From: Nemertoderma westbladi
Taxonomy: Eukaryota; Animalia; Xenacoelomorpha
Length of the DNA: 40,987 bases
Reading direction: 5' to 3'
Assembly (NCBI GenBank): GCA_032718475.1
Contig: JAUCBJ010008059.1
Location: 1-40,987 of the forward strand
Under the pieces are notes generated by a model. The model saw only the letters and a program-made list of their open reading frames with translations, searched no databases and was not told the DNA's origin. Made by a program: the position numbers and the translations under genes. Positions 1-11,056 of this stretch are shown here, piece after piece (position 1 is the first letter of the stretch; the number at the start of each line of letters is the position of its first letter).

Positions 1-52
1 ATGCCTGTTCACCACCATGGGTGAACCTTCCACAGTAAACCCTTCCACTCTT
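1..52 (-). repeat. Inverted copy of the 63-bp minisatellite unit at 16422-16862 (runs off the window edge)
   Basis: Reverse complement reads AGAGTGGAAGGGTTTACTGTGGAAGGTTCACCCATGGTGGTGAACAGGCAT, nearly identical to the 16.4-kb unit. Confidence 0.9.
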
Positions 53-649
53 TGTTTTTGATAAATATATAATGAATAAACTTATGAACTTATTACAGTA
101 TTTTAAATAAATGAATTGTAATAGTGGTGATTCAACCCCAGGTGACACGCGCTTTCTCATTTTTTCCATTTCTGAACAACTTATTAAAATATCCGTTATT
201 ATTTTAACAAGCCAAATCTCGAAAATTAGCGTTTAATTATTTTAATAAACAACTTATCATACAGAACCTCAGTGCTGTAGCAATAAAATAACACGCGCGT
301 GAAAAAATAAAGTGAAAAAAAAATAAATAAAAAATAAAAATAAAAAAATAAAAATAAATAAAAAAATAAATGAAAAGTAAAAAAATAACAATAAAAATTG
401 AAATAAAGGGATACCGAATTTACAGAATTTAAGTAGTGGAATATCTACACTGGTAGTTTTAAGATTAAGTCTATGTTAGTTAAAGCATCTGACGGAATTG
501 GTAAATTGAGAAATTAATTGTTTCAACAACAATACTACCTACAATTGTTAAGTACAATAAACTGTTTGTAGCTGCAGTTATTTCTTCGTACAGTGAGTGT
601 AATAATGCAATTTTGTTTGTATTAAGTTAGAAATTTCATTTTCATTTAC

Positions 650-845
650 AGAAAACTTCCCGGAGAGGAATATAAGAAAAAACCTGGAGTATATGGACAC
701 AAAGGGCCGTTGTCTACTGCAGTAGTTACTGTGGCACCTTTCAATCCATACACACCAGTGGAAACTAAATCGGCTGGGAATGGTAGCCAATCACAGAGGG
801 GAAACATTGACAATGGATTCAGCAAACGATTTGTTTTTATGAAAC
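650..845 (-). CDS. Possible internal exon of an unidentified gene (weak LamG/concanavalin-like resemblance)
   Basis: TTATAG acceptor and GTAAAT donor; open frame FIKTNRLLNPLSMFPLCDWLPFPADLVSTGVYGLKGATVTTAVDNGPLCPYTPGFFLYSSPGSF; no partner exon found. Confidence 0.25.
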
Positions 846-960
846 CTATAACAGCTGATGATTAATACTGAAGAGTGCTACTACTGTATCATAAACAATA
901 TATTAGCTGTAGGTAGAATAGGCCCACTACGTCTATGAACTGAACATTCTATCGATCTAT

Positions 961-1160
961 GATCGGCCAGCTGCATTGCAGCTGCACATTGAAATGCTAT
1001 GATGGCTTAAGAAAAATAATTTGTGTCATTACCATATAATCTACAAATGGCATGCTCTGATGCAGCGTGCATTAAGAATGCTATGCCGGCTTGTCGAAAT
1101 AATTGCGCAGCCACAACTCCCTACCCCCCCCCACCCCCCCGCCATGACTTTCATGTGATT
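961..1160 (-). mobile_element. 3'-end remnant of the RTE family at 36183-38125
   Basis: gatcggc..tgcattgcagctgca and ttaagaatgctatgccggcttgtcga..ccacaactccct match 36184-36275 and 14174-14290. Confidence 0.75.
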
Positions 1161-1424
1161 ATCCTTATCTTCAAGGGAGATCTTATCGCATCTTATATTA
1201 CTATCAGTTTGATGCTACGTATGTTAGTATGGGATTAATTCACATAATAGAGAAGCCATGCAGACTTAACTTATTGATTAACTATCACTTAGTTAGCTAA
1301 GCTGACAAAAAACCAAATGTACATACCGTAGGTTATAAACAACTTATTTAATAATAATAAGTGAATTGTTGTGGGGTGAGTGACGCGGTGTATTAATAAA
1401 TATACAATGTAAATAAGACAATAT

Positions 1425-1575
1425 GATAATTCTCTCCATAGCGAAAAATATCAACCGGCCCTATTGGGGCTCGAACCCGGTACCTAGGTTTCAAACTTCT
1501 GGTTATCATCACCCGGGTTAGTGTACTGAGCTACCAGACCGGATGAATATTTCGCTATGGAGTGGGAGATCATAT
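1425..1575 (-). mobile_element. tRNA-derived SINE-like cassette enclosed in inverted repeats
   Basis: Minus-strand A-box GGTAGCTCAGT (1535-1525) and B-box GGTTCGAGCCCC (1477-1466); flanking inverted repeat ctccatagcgaaa (1434-1446) / tttcgctatggag (1550-1562). Confidence 0.65.
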
Positions 1576-1638
1576 TAAGGCCATACAATCACTCCAAGGA
1601 GAGTACATGATAACCAGAAGTTTGAAACCTAGGTACCG

Positions 1639-3124
1639 ATTGCCATTCACCTTTTACCGGGTCATCGAAATGTACATGCTTTATAATTTCTATTAGTTTC
1701 TCACGTACAGCATCACTCACAATTCCATTCATAGGTACTGAGGCTGCCTGGCGTTGTAGCCAACTTAACGCGACCCTTAACCATCCTCTAATCAAATAAT
1801 TCCCTCGCAGAATACCAACAATGGACAAGAGTTTTTTTTTTTTTTTTTTTTTTCCTATGAGTAATCTTTTTATTGATATTCTCGGGGTTGGGAACTGATG
1901 CATCACGCCGCCATTTCCCGTTGGAAACTGTCTTTGAGTTCAGTTCCAGGTTTTGTAACCAGACCATATCGAGCAAAGTGGTCGCGAACCTCATCTACGG
2001 TAACTCCAGTTGAAAGATCGACATAAATATCATCCCTGAATGTACTTGTTGCATCTTTAATCCGTTTATTTTGTTGGCAGGTCTCGTCAACAATATCATT
2101 AAGAATCTTAGGAGCGAGGCCGAGGCCAAACCCCAATCGAGTCATTACATATCTTTTTCCATTATATATTACTGTTTGGTATGGATGCAGTCCACCAGCA
2201 ATTCTGATTTGCATAAAGGCCCATTTCAAGTCAATTATCGCAGTTTTGTTCCCCATACGTATCCAGTTACGCAGTTTTTCATTGCTCGCAGCCACCTCAT
2301 TATCTGGCTGCTTAATTATGTATTCATTGAGTTCCCGAAAATCCATGATGGGGCGATCCTGTCTTTACGAGGTTCGTGTTCCCCATGAGCGGAATCAGTC
2401 CTTTTACAACCCCACTATATTCTACCAGCCAACCTTGTTCCACCCATTCCTCCATGGCCTTGGCATATTTACTTTTTAAGTGGTCTGGAATATTGTATTC
2501 TGTTACTTGATTGGTCAATCTCATGGGACCTATTCCCTTTTCAAATTTATATTCAGCTTCCCAGTAAGTACCATTAAATTTTGCTGAACAGTCTGTTTTT
2601 CCAATTTTATTTTTTTGAGTTTCTGGGACAGTTAGGGTTTCTGGGTTAGTGCATGTTGCCACAATTTTTTGTGAATTACCGGTACCCTTTTCTGTTAATA
2701 AGGCTTCGAATTTTCCGTTATCTAATTGACATAATGATATTCCCCCAACCTTTTTAATCAAGTCCCAACCGAAAATCACGTCCTGTCCTCCCACAAGTTT
2801 TTGTACAATGGAAAAGACCCATTGAATTTTGTGCCCTGAATCCAGTTCAACACTAGTTTTAAATTGCCTACCCATATCTACTGTACGAGTCCCATCTAAC
2901 ATTATTATCTCTTTAGGAGCCCCAATAAAAACAAATGAACCCGATATATTGCTAATAAACTTAGAGCTCATATTGCTCTTCGTGCAGCCTGAGTCTACAA
3001 GTGCCTGGACCATTTTCCCACCGCAGTTTATTCGAATATTCGGTAAGTCGCCAGAGCTATAGTTTGGGGAACATCCACTGGCACAAAGGTCGTTCTCTTC
3101 CACTAGTTTCCCGAATTCGACCAT
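1639..3124 (-). pseudogene. pol: pol fragment: retropepsin protease + reverse transcriptase (frameshifted)
   Basis: ALVDSGC protease motif; DFRELN, IDLKWAFMQI, TRLGFGLGLAP and FRDD in RT; continues KWRRD..LLSIVGIL..GWLRVA..DPVKGEW down to 1639. Confidence 0.9.
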
Positions 3125-3194
3125 CTATCGACCACACACGCCCTAGCGAAATGGTCTTTCCCACAGCAGCAGTAGCACCCCTCACGATTTCCTC

Positions 3195-4009
3195 CTCTAC
3201 TGTACTCTGCTGACAATAGCAGGCATAGTGGCCTACTTCGCCGCACTTAAAACACCCGTTTCGCATGGGTTAAAGAATTACAGATGAGAGATGAGTCGAC
3301 TCTCATCGTCGCCACTCGCTTCGCCTCTCCCTCGGTGTCCATACTCGTGCTCCCTGAATCCCGACGGAGGAATCCCTCTTCCACCTCGCCCACTAGAGAG
3401 TCCACCTCGATTCATTCGGTCTCGATTTCTATGGTGGCGGAATCCGAATCCGGCAGCACTGAACTGCTCGCGCCCACCTTGCCATCCCAGCTGTTCATTT
3501 TTTCAGAGATGAGTCGTCTTGATTGTGATAGTAGCTCATCAAGGTTTAGTGATGCAGCAAGGGCCTTCGTTTCCCCCTGGATTGACTCTGACAGTCCACT
3601 AACAAGCTGAGCCGCCAGCATAGACTGGGCACAATTTCCATTGATGTCATCAGCATCACCCTCTGTTATTAGGAATAGCAACCGTTTCAAGTCAGCCAAG
3701 AATGTATCAACGGCTTCACCGGGTTTCAGTGCCCGAGTTTTGAATTGTTCGTAAGCGGAGTATGTGTTTTATAGCGAATGCTACAATGAGAGCCTTCTTT
3801 ACTTCATCGTAGTTTCCCTTTGATTCCTCCGGGAGTTGCGATACTACCGCGTAGGCTGGTCCTTCTAACGAATACGTGGCCTTAGATTCAGGTTTTAGGT
3901 TCGATTCAACTTCAAGCACGCTATAAGTATCTTCAAATGTTTGTAGCCAAGCGCACAGGTCAATGGATCCATCATACTTTTTAACGTAGTCCGATAGTTT
4001 CAGTGCCAT
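3195..4009 (-). pseudogene. gag: gag (frameshifted) with zinc knuckle
   Basis: ORFs 3716-4009 (KYDGSIDLCAWL..LEGPAYAVVSQL..NYDEVKKAL), 3412-3699 and the CFKCGEVGHYACYC knuckle in ORF 3057-3266. Confidence 0.85.
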
Positions 4010-4021
4010 ACTTTCGTTAAC

Positions 4022-4035
4022 GCCCGGTTAGCTTA
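4022..4035 (-). promoter_or_regulatory. Putative primer-binding site complementary to a tRNA-Lys 5' end
   Basis: TAAGCTAACCGGGC lies 1 nt after the LTR end (..GTACA) and 12 nt before the gag ATG; the plus strand gcccggttagctta resembles tRNA-Lys 5' GCCCGG(C/T)TAGCTCA. Confidence 0.5.
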
Positions 4036-4531
4036 TTGTACAACCAATATTATTATATTATTCAATAACTCAACAAGTACAACTCATTACAGTATGATCG
4101 CAAAGTTAACAAAACAATAGAGAGTAGTCCAACCGGTAAATCCTACCCATATCCCATCACCAGTCTGCCCTTGCCTACCGGTCCAGTCTGCCCGTTCTCT
4201 CCCCCTCTCTCCATTCGGGCGAGCCATCTAGTTCCCTTATTTTGGAGTAAATTTAAATGGGTTTTGACATATTGCTAATCTTATGTGATTTGAATTAAAA
4301 AAAACACGTGTTTGAAAATAATGGAATTATGTCGCATAAAGGTTTTTTTAAAACAAATTTATTTATCATGCGGTCTATGAAAAACTGGGCATGTGGTTTT
4401 GAAACGTTAAATATCTCAGTTACTCGTGGGAGAATGGCCTTCTGAGTGTGTTAATCGGATTCAGAATACATTTTAACATAAAGAATATTATAGTTATAGA
4501 AGTAATAGTTATAAGTTATATATAAGTTATA

Positions 4532-4610
4532 TTACTACAACTAGGTCGAGCGAGCTCAGACATTGGAAGTGAGATCCTTCCAGTCTTGTCGATTCTCCAT
4601 AGTGGTTTTT
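4532..4610 (-). mobile_element. Short 5'-truncated RTE-like 3' end (second family)
   Basis: Encodes MENRQDWKDLTSNV followed by a (TAG)n-like tail; homologous to 12724-12795. Confidence 0.7.
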
Positions 4611-4839
4611 TTTCCCTTGTCCATTATCCATTTAAAGTTAAAGATATATATCTCATAGCCGGTCGTCCATGGTACACAATGCCTGTGTTTGATCAACAAA
4701 TAAATAATTAAACATAGAAAACTGATAAAATTTATAAAATCTAATAAACTATTAAAATTATGAACATTATAAAGCAAAATGAAGGAGATAAGATAAGATG
4801 AAGGAGATGAGATAAGATATAAAACTTTATATTTCTAAC

Positions 4840-5091
4840 CTGGAATGGTTTTACGCCTGGGTGGTGACTGCGTACATGAGTCACCCATATTGTTCGATTG
4901 ACTGAAATTCTTTTTGCAGATATGACAATGAAATTGTTTATATCCTGAATGTTTTATATGATGTCGGTTGAATCCATCGGATCATGAATATCGACGATCA
5001 CACCCTTGCCCTGGAAACTTGTACTTGTACCGGTGATCTTCCGCAGGAATATTACTTGGATTTGAGGGATTATGTGGCAGCTTAAAAGGCG
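4840..5091 (-). pseudogene. Pseudo-exon encoding two EGR/Zif268-like C2H2 zinc fingers
   Basis: TTTTAG acceptor and GTTAG donor; PSNPSNIPAEDHRYKYKFPGQGCDRRYS*SDGFNRHHIKHSGYKQFHCHICKKNFSQSNNM/VTHVRSHHPGVKPFQ, with one stop, one +1 frameshift and the first Cys replaced by Phe. Confidence 0.8.
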
Positions 5092-5285
5092 CTAAAAAGT
5101 ATAATTATAATTTGTATTGGTATTAATTAGCTAATAAAATTATACAGACAAGTCGTAGCTAATATAAGAAACAGTAAATTAACAAATTACAAAATTTGAA
5201 AATTGCGGTTAACTCAGTAAGTTCTTGATGAATTAAACCAAAGAAAGAATCTGAAGTTTGGTCAATAATCAGACAGTAAACCTAC

Positions 5286-6100
5286 CATTGTAAACATGTG
5301 GTCTGTTAAAGTTTTCGAAATTTTGAATTGACAGAAACGTAGAAGTAGATGTAATTTAGAACCAACCATCAGATTCATCTGAAATTTGGTAAGAGTGTTC
5401 TATGAGCATTGCTTAAATAGAACAATGATCTCCTCGACACCATGGATGGCTGGGCCCCGTTTGCAACAGCTGACGTGGAAAACGCTAGGGCTACTCTTCT
5501 GGAGTTGATTTCAGATAGAGGTACTTCGAAATAGTTCTCTACTAAATATTCTGGTGTTAACAAATGCCAGAAATATATTGCAGATATTTTGAACCTATTT
5601 GACTCTGCTGCATTTAAGCCCATATTGCTGCATTTAAGCCCATATCAGCCCATCTCCCAAGTTTGTCGTTGTGGACTTCACTTCACTTCCCTCCCACCCA
5701 TTCTTCCCACGTCTTCTGTTCTCACATCCCTGGTTCAGGATTTGGGTAATATGAAAAATCATGTTTCTTTGTTGGAGAGTAGCAAGAAACCCATTTGCGT
5801 ATTTGGCGATTCTCCTGCCAATGTTTCTGTTATTCCTCGAGATCGAGTTTTACCTTAAAATATTTTGCTTCTGCTGCTGCTGTCAGTTCCAAATCTAAAG
5901 GTGGCTGCAAACCTAACCATATTCCTTCTCATAGTGCAAGGCGAGTCCCATGCTGACAAACCTAACCATATTCCTTCTCATAGTGCAAGGCGAGTCCCAT
6001 GCTGACAAACCTAACCATATTCCTTCTCATAGTGCAAGGCGAGTCCCACGCTGAAACCCTATCCTCTCAAAATGCTCTCAGGGTCTCATCTGAAGATGAT
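5286..6100 (-). pseudogene. Decayed coding exon, possibly tyrosine-recombinase-like
   Basis: INSRRVALAFSTSAVANGAQPSMVS followed, after a frameshift, by DH..MLIEHSY resembles the YR C-terminal R..H..Y boxes; ends at a phase-1 G|GTAGG donor at 5286. Confidence 0.3.
5908..6054. repeat. Tandem repeat, 49 bp x 3
   Basis: caaacctaaccatattccttctcatagtgcaaggcgagtcccatgctga starts at 5908, 5957 and 6006. Confidence 0.95.
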
Positions 6101-6149
6101 AATGGTGTACATATTTCGGCTGAATATATGACTTTAGGCGAGCCCAAAT

Positions 6150-7095
6150 AGTACAGGCTCCAGCCTATGACCCCGTAGGAATTTTATATATGACTCGGCT
6201 ACCCTACATAGATGTTTAGTGCAGACTTGGGACATTTAAAACAATTTGGGTAGACTTCACCAAATGGTTGCGCTCGTTTTTTAGGGCTGTCTTAAACATA
6301 GCAACGGAGAAAATTGCCATAGCAACAGCTCTTATAGTAGATATGACGATTTAAAATTTATAGCAGATTAATATTTTGGATATGAAGAATTTAATGGCAT
6401 ATTTCGTTTTTTGAAAATACCATAGCAACCAGGCGAAAACGACCTTCAAAGATAGCAATATTGACAATGCCCATAGCAACGGGCTTTGTAATGCGTATTC
6501 AGTGGTCGTATCATGATGGAATCATAGTCTACCACCATTATATCACGTATAAGGAACAATATGCATTCTTTTTCATTTTCAAGTTGCTATGGCAACGAGT
6601 AACCTTGACTAATAACAAGCTACATATTAGCAGCAGCGGTTTTTAAATCGACCTCTACCCCCACTATATCGTGTATAAGGAACAATATGCAAATGTTTTA
6701 CTTTCTAGATGCCATGGCAACGCGACAGAATTGTTAATAAATGGTCTTTAATATCTGTTAGCCGTTTACACTATGTAAATTAATCACAATTATAACATTC
6801 TTAACTATGGAATTAAATTGTGACAAGAATCGCAATTCCGACAGTATTCAGTGCACATAACACCGTTACGGCTACAAGAACAACGCTGCGTCAAGCAGTC
6901 TTTCTGACAGGCACATGTATTTACTAGTGAATCAGGAATTGGTGAAAGGTATTTATTGGGCAACAACATTCCATTTACACCAGTATTCCAACCAAAATGT
7001 AATACACTTAGATTTATCACGGAGTCATTGCGTAATGACGCAATCTTATTTATTATGTAGAGACATCGGAAAGGATGTTGGCGGGAAATTTGAGA
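6150..7095 (-). mobile_element. 3' remnant of a DNA-transposon-like element with a C-terminal Tesmin/TSO1-like CXC domain
   Basis: FPPTS..H, then HFGW..LLP..TCACQKDCLTQRCSCSRNGVMCTEYCRNCDSCHN (6805-7020); subterminal catagcaac motif repeats at 6297-6725. Confidence 0.6.
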
Positions 7096-7414
7096 CTACT
7101 ACTACTACAGTAACATGGACTGGCAGACATGAGTTGAGTAGGTTCTATGTGTACTACTACAATACTGCGATATTCGTGTAAGTATTTTGGAGAGTATCAA
7201 GAGACGAGAGGCTGATTTTTTCTCTTTAGCTGCTGGTTTTTCGATTCCTCCGTTTTGTTACAACGACCACCACCCCCCCCCCCCCCCCCCGATCTCTCTG
7301 TCTACCACCCTCCCTCCCCTAGCACACGCACCCTTGGTTATATCCTCCAATTCTGGGATGTCCTGGGGACTCACATTTGGACATCATGGAACATTCCAGA
7401 GAGGATGTCCTGGC

Positions 7415-7489
7415 AATATGTCACTGTCAGTGACATATTTGGATATCATTTTGGGCATTTTGGATATCAGTGACTGATATCCAAAATGC
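7415..7489. repeat. Two adjacent perfect palindromes
   Basis: aatatgtcactg-t-cagtgacatatt (7415-7439) and gcattttggatatcagt-g-actgatatccaaaatgc (7455-7489). Confidence 0.9.
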
Positions 7490-8234
7490 TATCTGGGATA
7501 ACTCATCCCATTGTTTAGATAGTTGTAATCAGCTGCGAAGTAGGACGAATAATGAAGAGGGTTTACCAGCCCAGAATAATTCTATATAAGGCTGTGATTG
7601 CATCAATACTCCAGTTACAACATTATACTGAATACCGGTCAGTTTCTAACGAGATAGTGCAGTAGAGACAATAGTGAACACTGAACAGCACTTTGAATCA
7701 TGGATCTATTCTTACAAATACATTACTTATTGTTGATAATGTTTAAGTTAATTAAGATTCAAAAGGTATGGTCTGGTCATAAGTACGACAGAGACACGGA
7801 AAAACAACCAAATTTACATAGGTTATAAAAAACTTATTTGCTGTAGTTTATCACGGTCACACTAATGTATAGCAGAAGAGAGAGATAACAAATAACACAA
7901 ATAATATTTATCATGCATGCATGAATGACAATAATTTAAGATAAGGTTGTATGATATGGAAGATATCCTGTGATTCTACTGAAAAAGATTATTATCGAAT
8001 CTGACTGTCAGAGTATGACATTTTTGTAGTTGATCTCTTTGTATGTGTTAGTTGGTGCCTCTTTCTTTACACTGCCTTGGGTTGTATGTAGTATGAATGC
8101 TCTATTGTATGATTGAAATTATTTAAATAGCGACAAGCCGTCTTCAGGGCGCGACCAGACATATTTACAGTTTACCGTCACCGACAATTCTAAACAAAAA
8201 GGAGATTTCATACGCCCAACAACTATCATATATA

Positions 8235-9860
8235 ACTAGAGAGCCAGCAAGCTGGCTGGAAGGAGCCCGGGGGGAAGAATCCTAGCCAATACTAAACTAA
8301 ACAATTGTCTAAATGGTGTGATGATACATAGCTGACTTTGTGGCTTGCCCCACATAATAAAAAATGAAACTTTGCTGCCACTAACAACCGAATATTTATA
8401 AGAAAATGCCCATGATTCACAACCAGATAAATAACAAGTTAGATTTACCAGTACAGGTACGGTTACCTTTCTTTTTGAAAACCATTAGATTTAACATTTA
8501 ATAGAAGTCTAGGTCGCGGCGAAAAATAATAACGCAAATTAAACAACCATACAATCGGCCTACACACTTTTTTATTATTCGAAATAAATTCGCTAACAGA
8601 AAATATCTAAACTAATTTATTTATTTACTAATTAATCTAAACGAGAAGGTGAACAATTGTTTCTACACAATTAATTATGACGACTTTTATGGGATATGTA
8701 ATATTTACTGTTCAATAATAATTTACAATCTCCCATTCCAACACATTCCCAGAGAGTAATAATATCATCAATATAACAAACTAAGTGGATTATAATTCGA
8801 TTTCTTCAGCCAAGTCCGATAGCTATTTTTCTGAAATTTATATTGCTAATTTAATTATTTGGCATATTCTGTTTGTGGCGCAGACTATAATAATAATAAC
8901 ATTGTTGACATACAGTCTTTGAACCTTCTTTCTCAGCAGTACTTTGTGGCTCGTCCCACATAATAAAAACTGAAACTTTGCTATGACAACACACCCGGTT
9001 CTTTTAAATTTGCGTGATTTGATTTATGCTCGCACCACTATTTGTAAGAAATATTAAAACTTATCTTACAGTATGCCAATGTAGTAATGGTATTAAAATA
9101 TAATTAAATTAATTTACACTATTAATGCTTCAGCTAAAAAATCGTTTCAGCTAAAAAATCGTATGTAATAAAAAAATAAGAATATTTTTAATATGTGTAT
9201 ATGTAATATAGGTATTACTGAGACTAAGTTAGGCAGTAGGCCAGAGCGGGCTCCTTAAATACATGCAACTACTGTATTATAGTGTAGGTCAACTATAAAA
9301 CATTTTGCAATCCACAGTGAGTATCGACTGCAATAGGACACAACACACTGCTTTGTGTAACTAAAATTCATTCTCCTGATCCACCCCCTAACATAGCAGA
9401 GTGAGTAACCTTATTGTAGATATACCCTTAGGAAGCACTGGGAGAGCAATCAGCTTATGGGGTAATACATTAGAAACCAACAGCTTATGTGTGAGTAAAC
9501 ATTGACTTTCCTTATAGCCTACTAGTAAAACTTGGCAACCAATACGTTTTACTATGACTGTGTATAACATATTAAGCCATATTTCATCATGAACACCAGC
9601 TGTTATTTTACCATTGCTTTTAATTTCGCGACAAAACAATGTCAAAAAACTAAATATATCGAATACCACACATAGAATCGATCTGAAATTTTGTAACGCG
9701 ATTATGAACCTCAAAAGCAATGTACTTGCAAAATTTCATCAAAATCGCCAGGCAGGAAGTGCCTTAACCTAGATAATTATCAGTCAGTCAGTGTCAGTCA
9801 ATGTAATGTATCCTGAAGATTCTTACAGTAAGTATCCCGCTGTCAAGCGGGCTCCTAATT
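8235..9860 (-). mobile_element. Non-autonomous Helentron/DINE-1-like (HINE) element
   Basis: Minus strand: 5' subTIR AGGAGCCCG with a partial inverted repeat (9857-9836) and (GACT)n at ~9780-9800; 3' subTIR CGGGCTCCT, hairpin GCCAGC-TT-GCTGGC and CTAGT end (8269-8235); extra subTIR at 9247-9255; internal direct repeat 8335-8375 / 8941-8983. Confidence 0.6.
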
Positions 9861-11056
9861 ATTTAATCGATTTATGTTTAAAACAATTTTATACGAATTT
9901 TTTATACCAGCTAGTTTTTACGATCTATCCATGTTTTTACAATTCTGTAAATAATACTAATTGTAATCATACAGTGTTCGCGCTTTTGAAGACCTTTAGC
10001 AGTTTAACCTGCCAAAATTTATATGTCTTTTAGTTAATTAACACACCTTTAGCATACGACAATATTTTATGCTAATAAACAAAACATTAGCCGAAGCCAG
10101 CCCATGCGCGATCATTCACCCGATGGATCTACACCCGGGAGGCTGAATTCGGATGCTTAGATTTTATTATTGCAGTGTAAAGTTGCCGTGTAAGCCTACT
10201 GTATTATTCGATTGATCGCTAATATGTAATTTCTGACAGATATTATTAACTTTCGGGAAATATTAACAGTTCCTTTAGGACGTGGCGCTCTATCTATTTA
10301 AACAGAGCTAGGACTTATACTAAACGCAACGATAAGGCTTATGATTAAAGTATAAGTCGCATTCTTTAGGAAATGCTTTGTTACCAGTCACATCACACTC
10401 ACAATCATGCACACTATTCTGCCGACCGTCAGTATATTTGATCACACATAAAGAGAGCAGCAATTGACTCACGTAGGGTAGGTATTGCATTGTTGCCCAG
10501 CTACTTATGAGATAAACTACTCTACTACTACTACTACAGTCCAGCTCACCAACAGAGTGCCATCGGATCCGATCTGAACCGATCGGATCCAACAGCTTCA
10601 AACACTTTCAGACAAACTCCAACAGTCCAACAACTTCAAACAGATTCAGATAGTTTCAAACAGATTCAGACAGTTTCAAACAGAATCAGACAACTTCCAA
10701 CAACCTGTCAATCACTCCACCCACACTCAACCGCAACCCCAACTCAACTCCCATCTTCTTGCGCGCAGATAGAATGAAAGCGTTTGAAACTACTAAAGGA
10801 ACTCCATTCATAAAGCCACAATAACGACAGAGTGGACTGGCCACTGGCGGCGCCCTTGAACATTCACACTGTAACTTAAGCTGACCTGAAGGAACAGCCC
10901 ATTAGTGAGGTCGGATTTCTCTTTATTCCTGCCGCTATCTTTGAATAACACAATAGCAGAAAGCTAACCAGTGGTCTACCCCCAATACAAGAAAGACAAG
11001 TTGGCTACCATTGAAATGAATGGGGAATGGAATTCTGTGTTCACATACTAATGTTG

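Larger units (their letters stand above)
1639..4269 (-). mobile_element. Decayed Gypsy/Ty3 LTR retrotransposon, 3'-truncated (no RNase H, integrase or 3' LTR)
   Basis: Domain order gag, CCHC knuckle, aspartic protease, RT; putative 5' LTR TG..CA at ~4269-4037 (the outer boundary is uncertain). Confidence 0.85.

Noticed and set aside
1832-1875. AATAAA followed 15 nt later by A22 on the minus strand, suggesting a retroposed, polyadenylated Gypsy transcript
   Set aside because: pol homology continues on both sides (KITHRK | LLSIVGIL..GWLRVA), so it is an expanded internal A-run, not a tail
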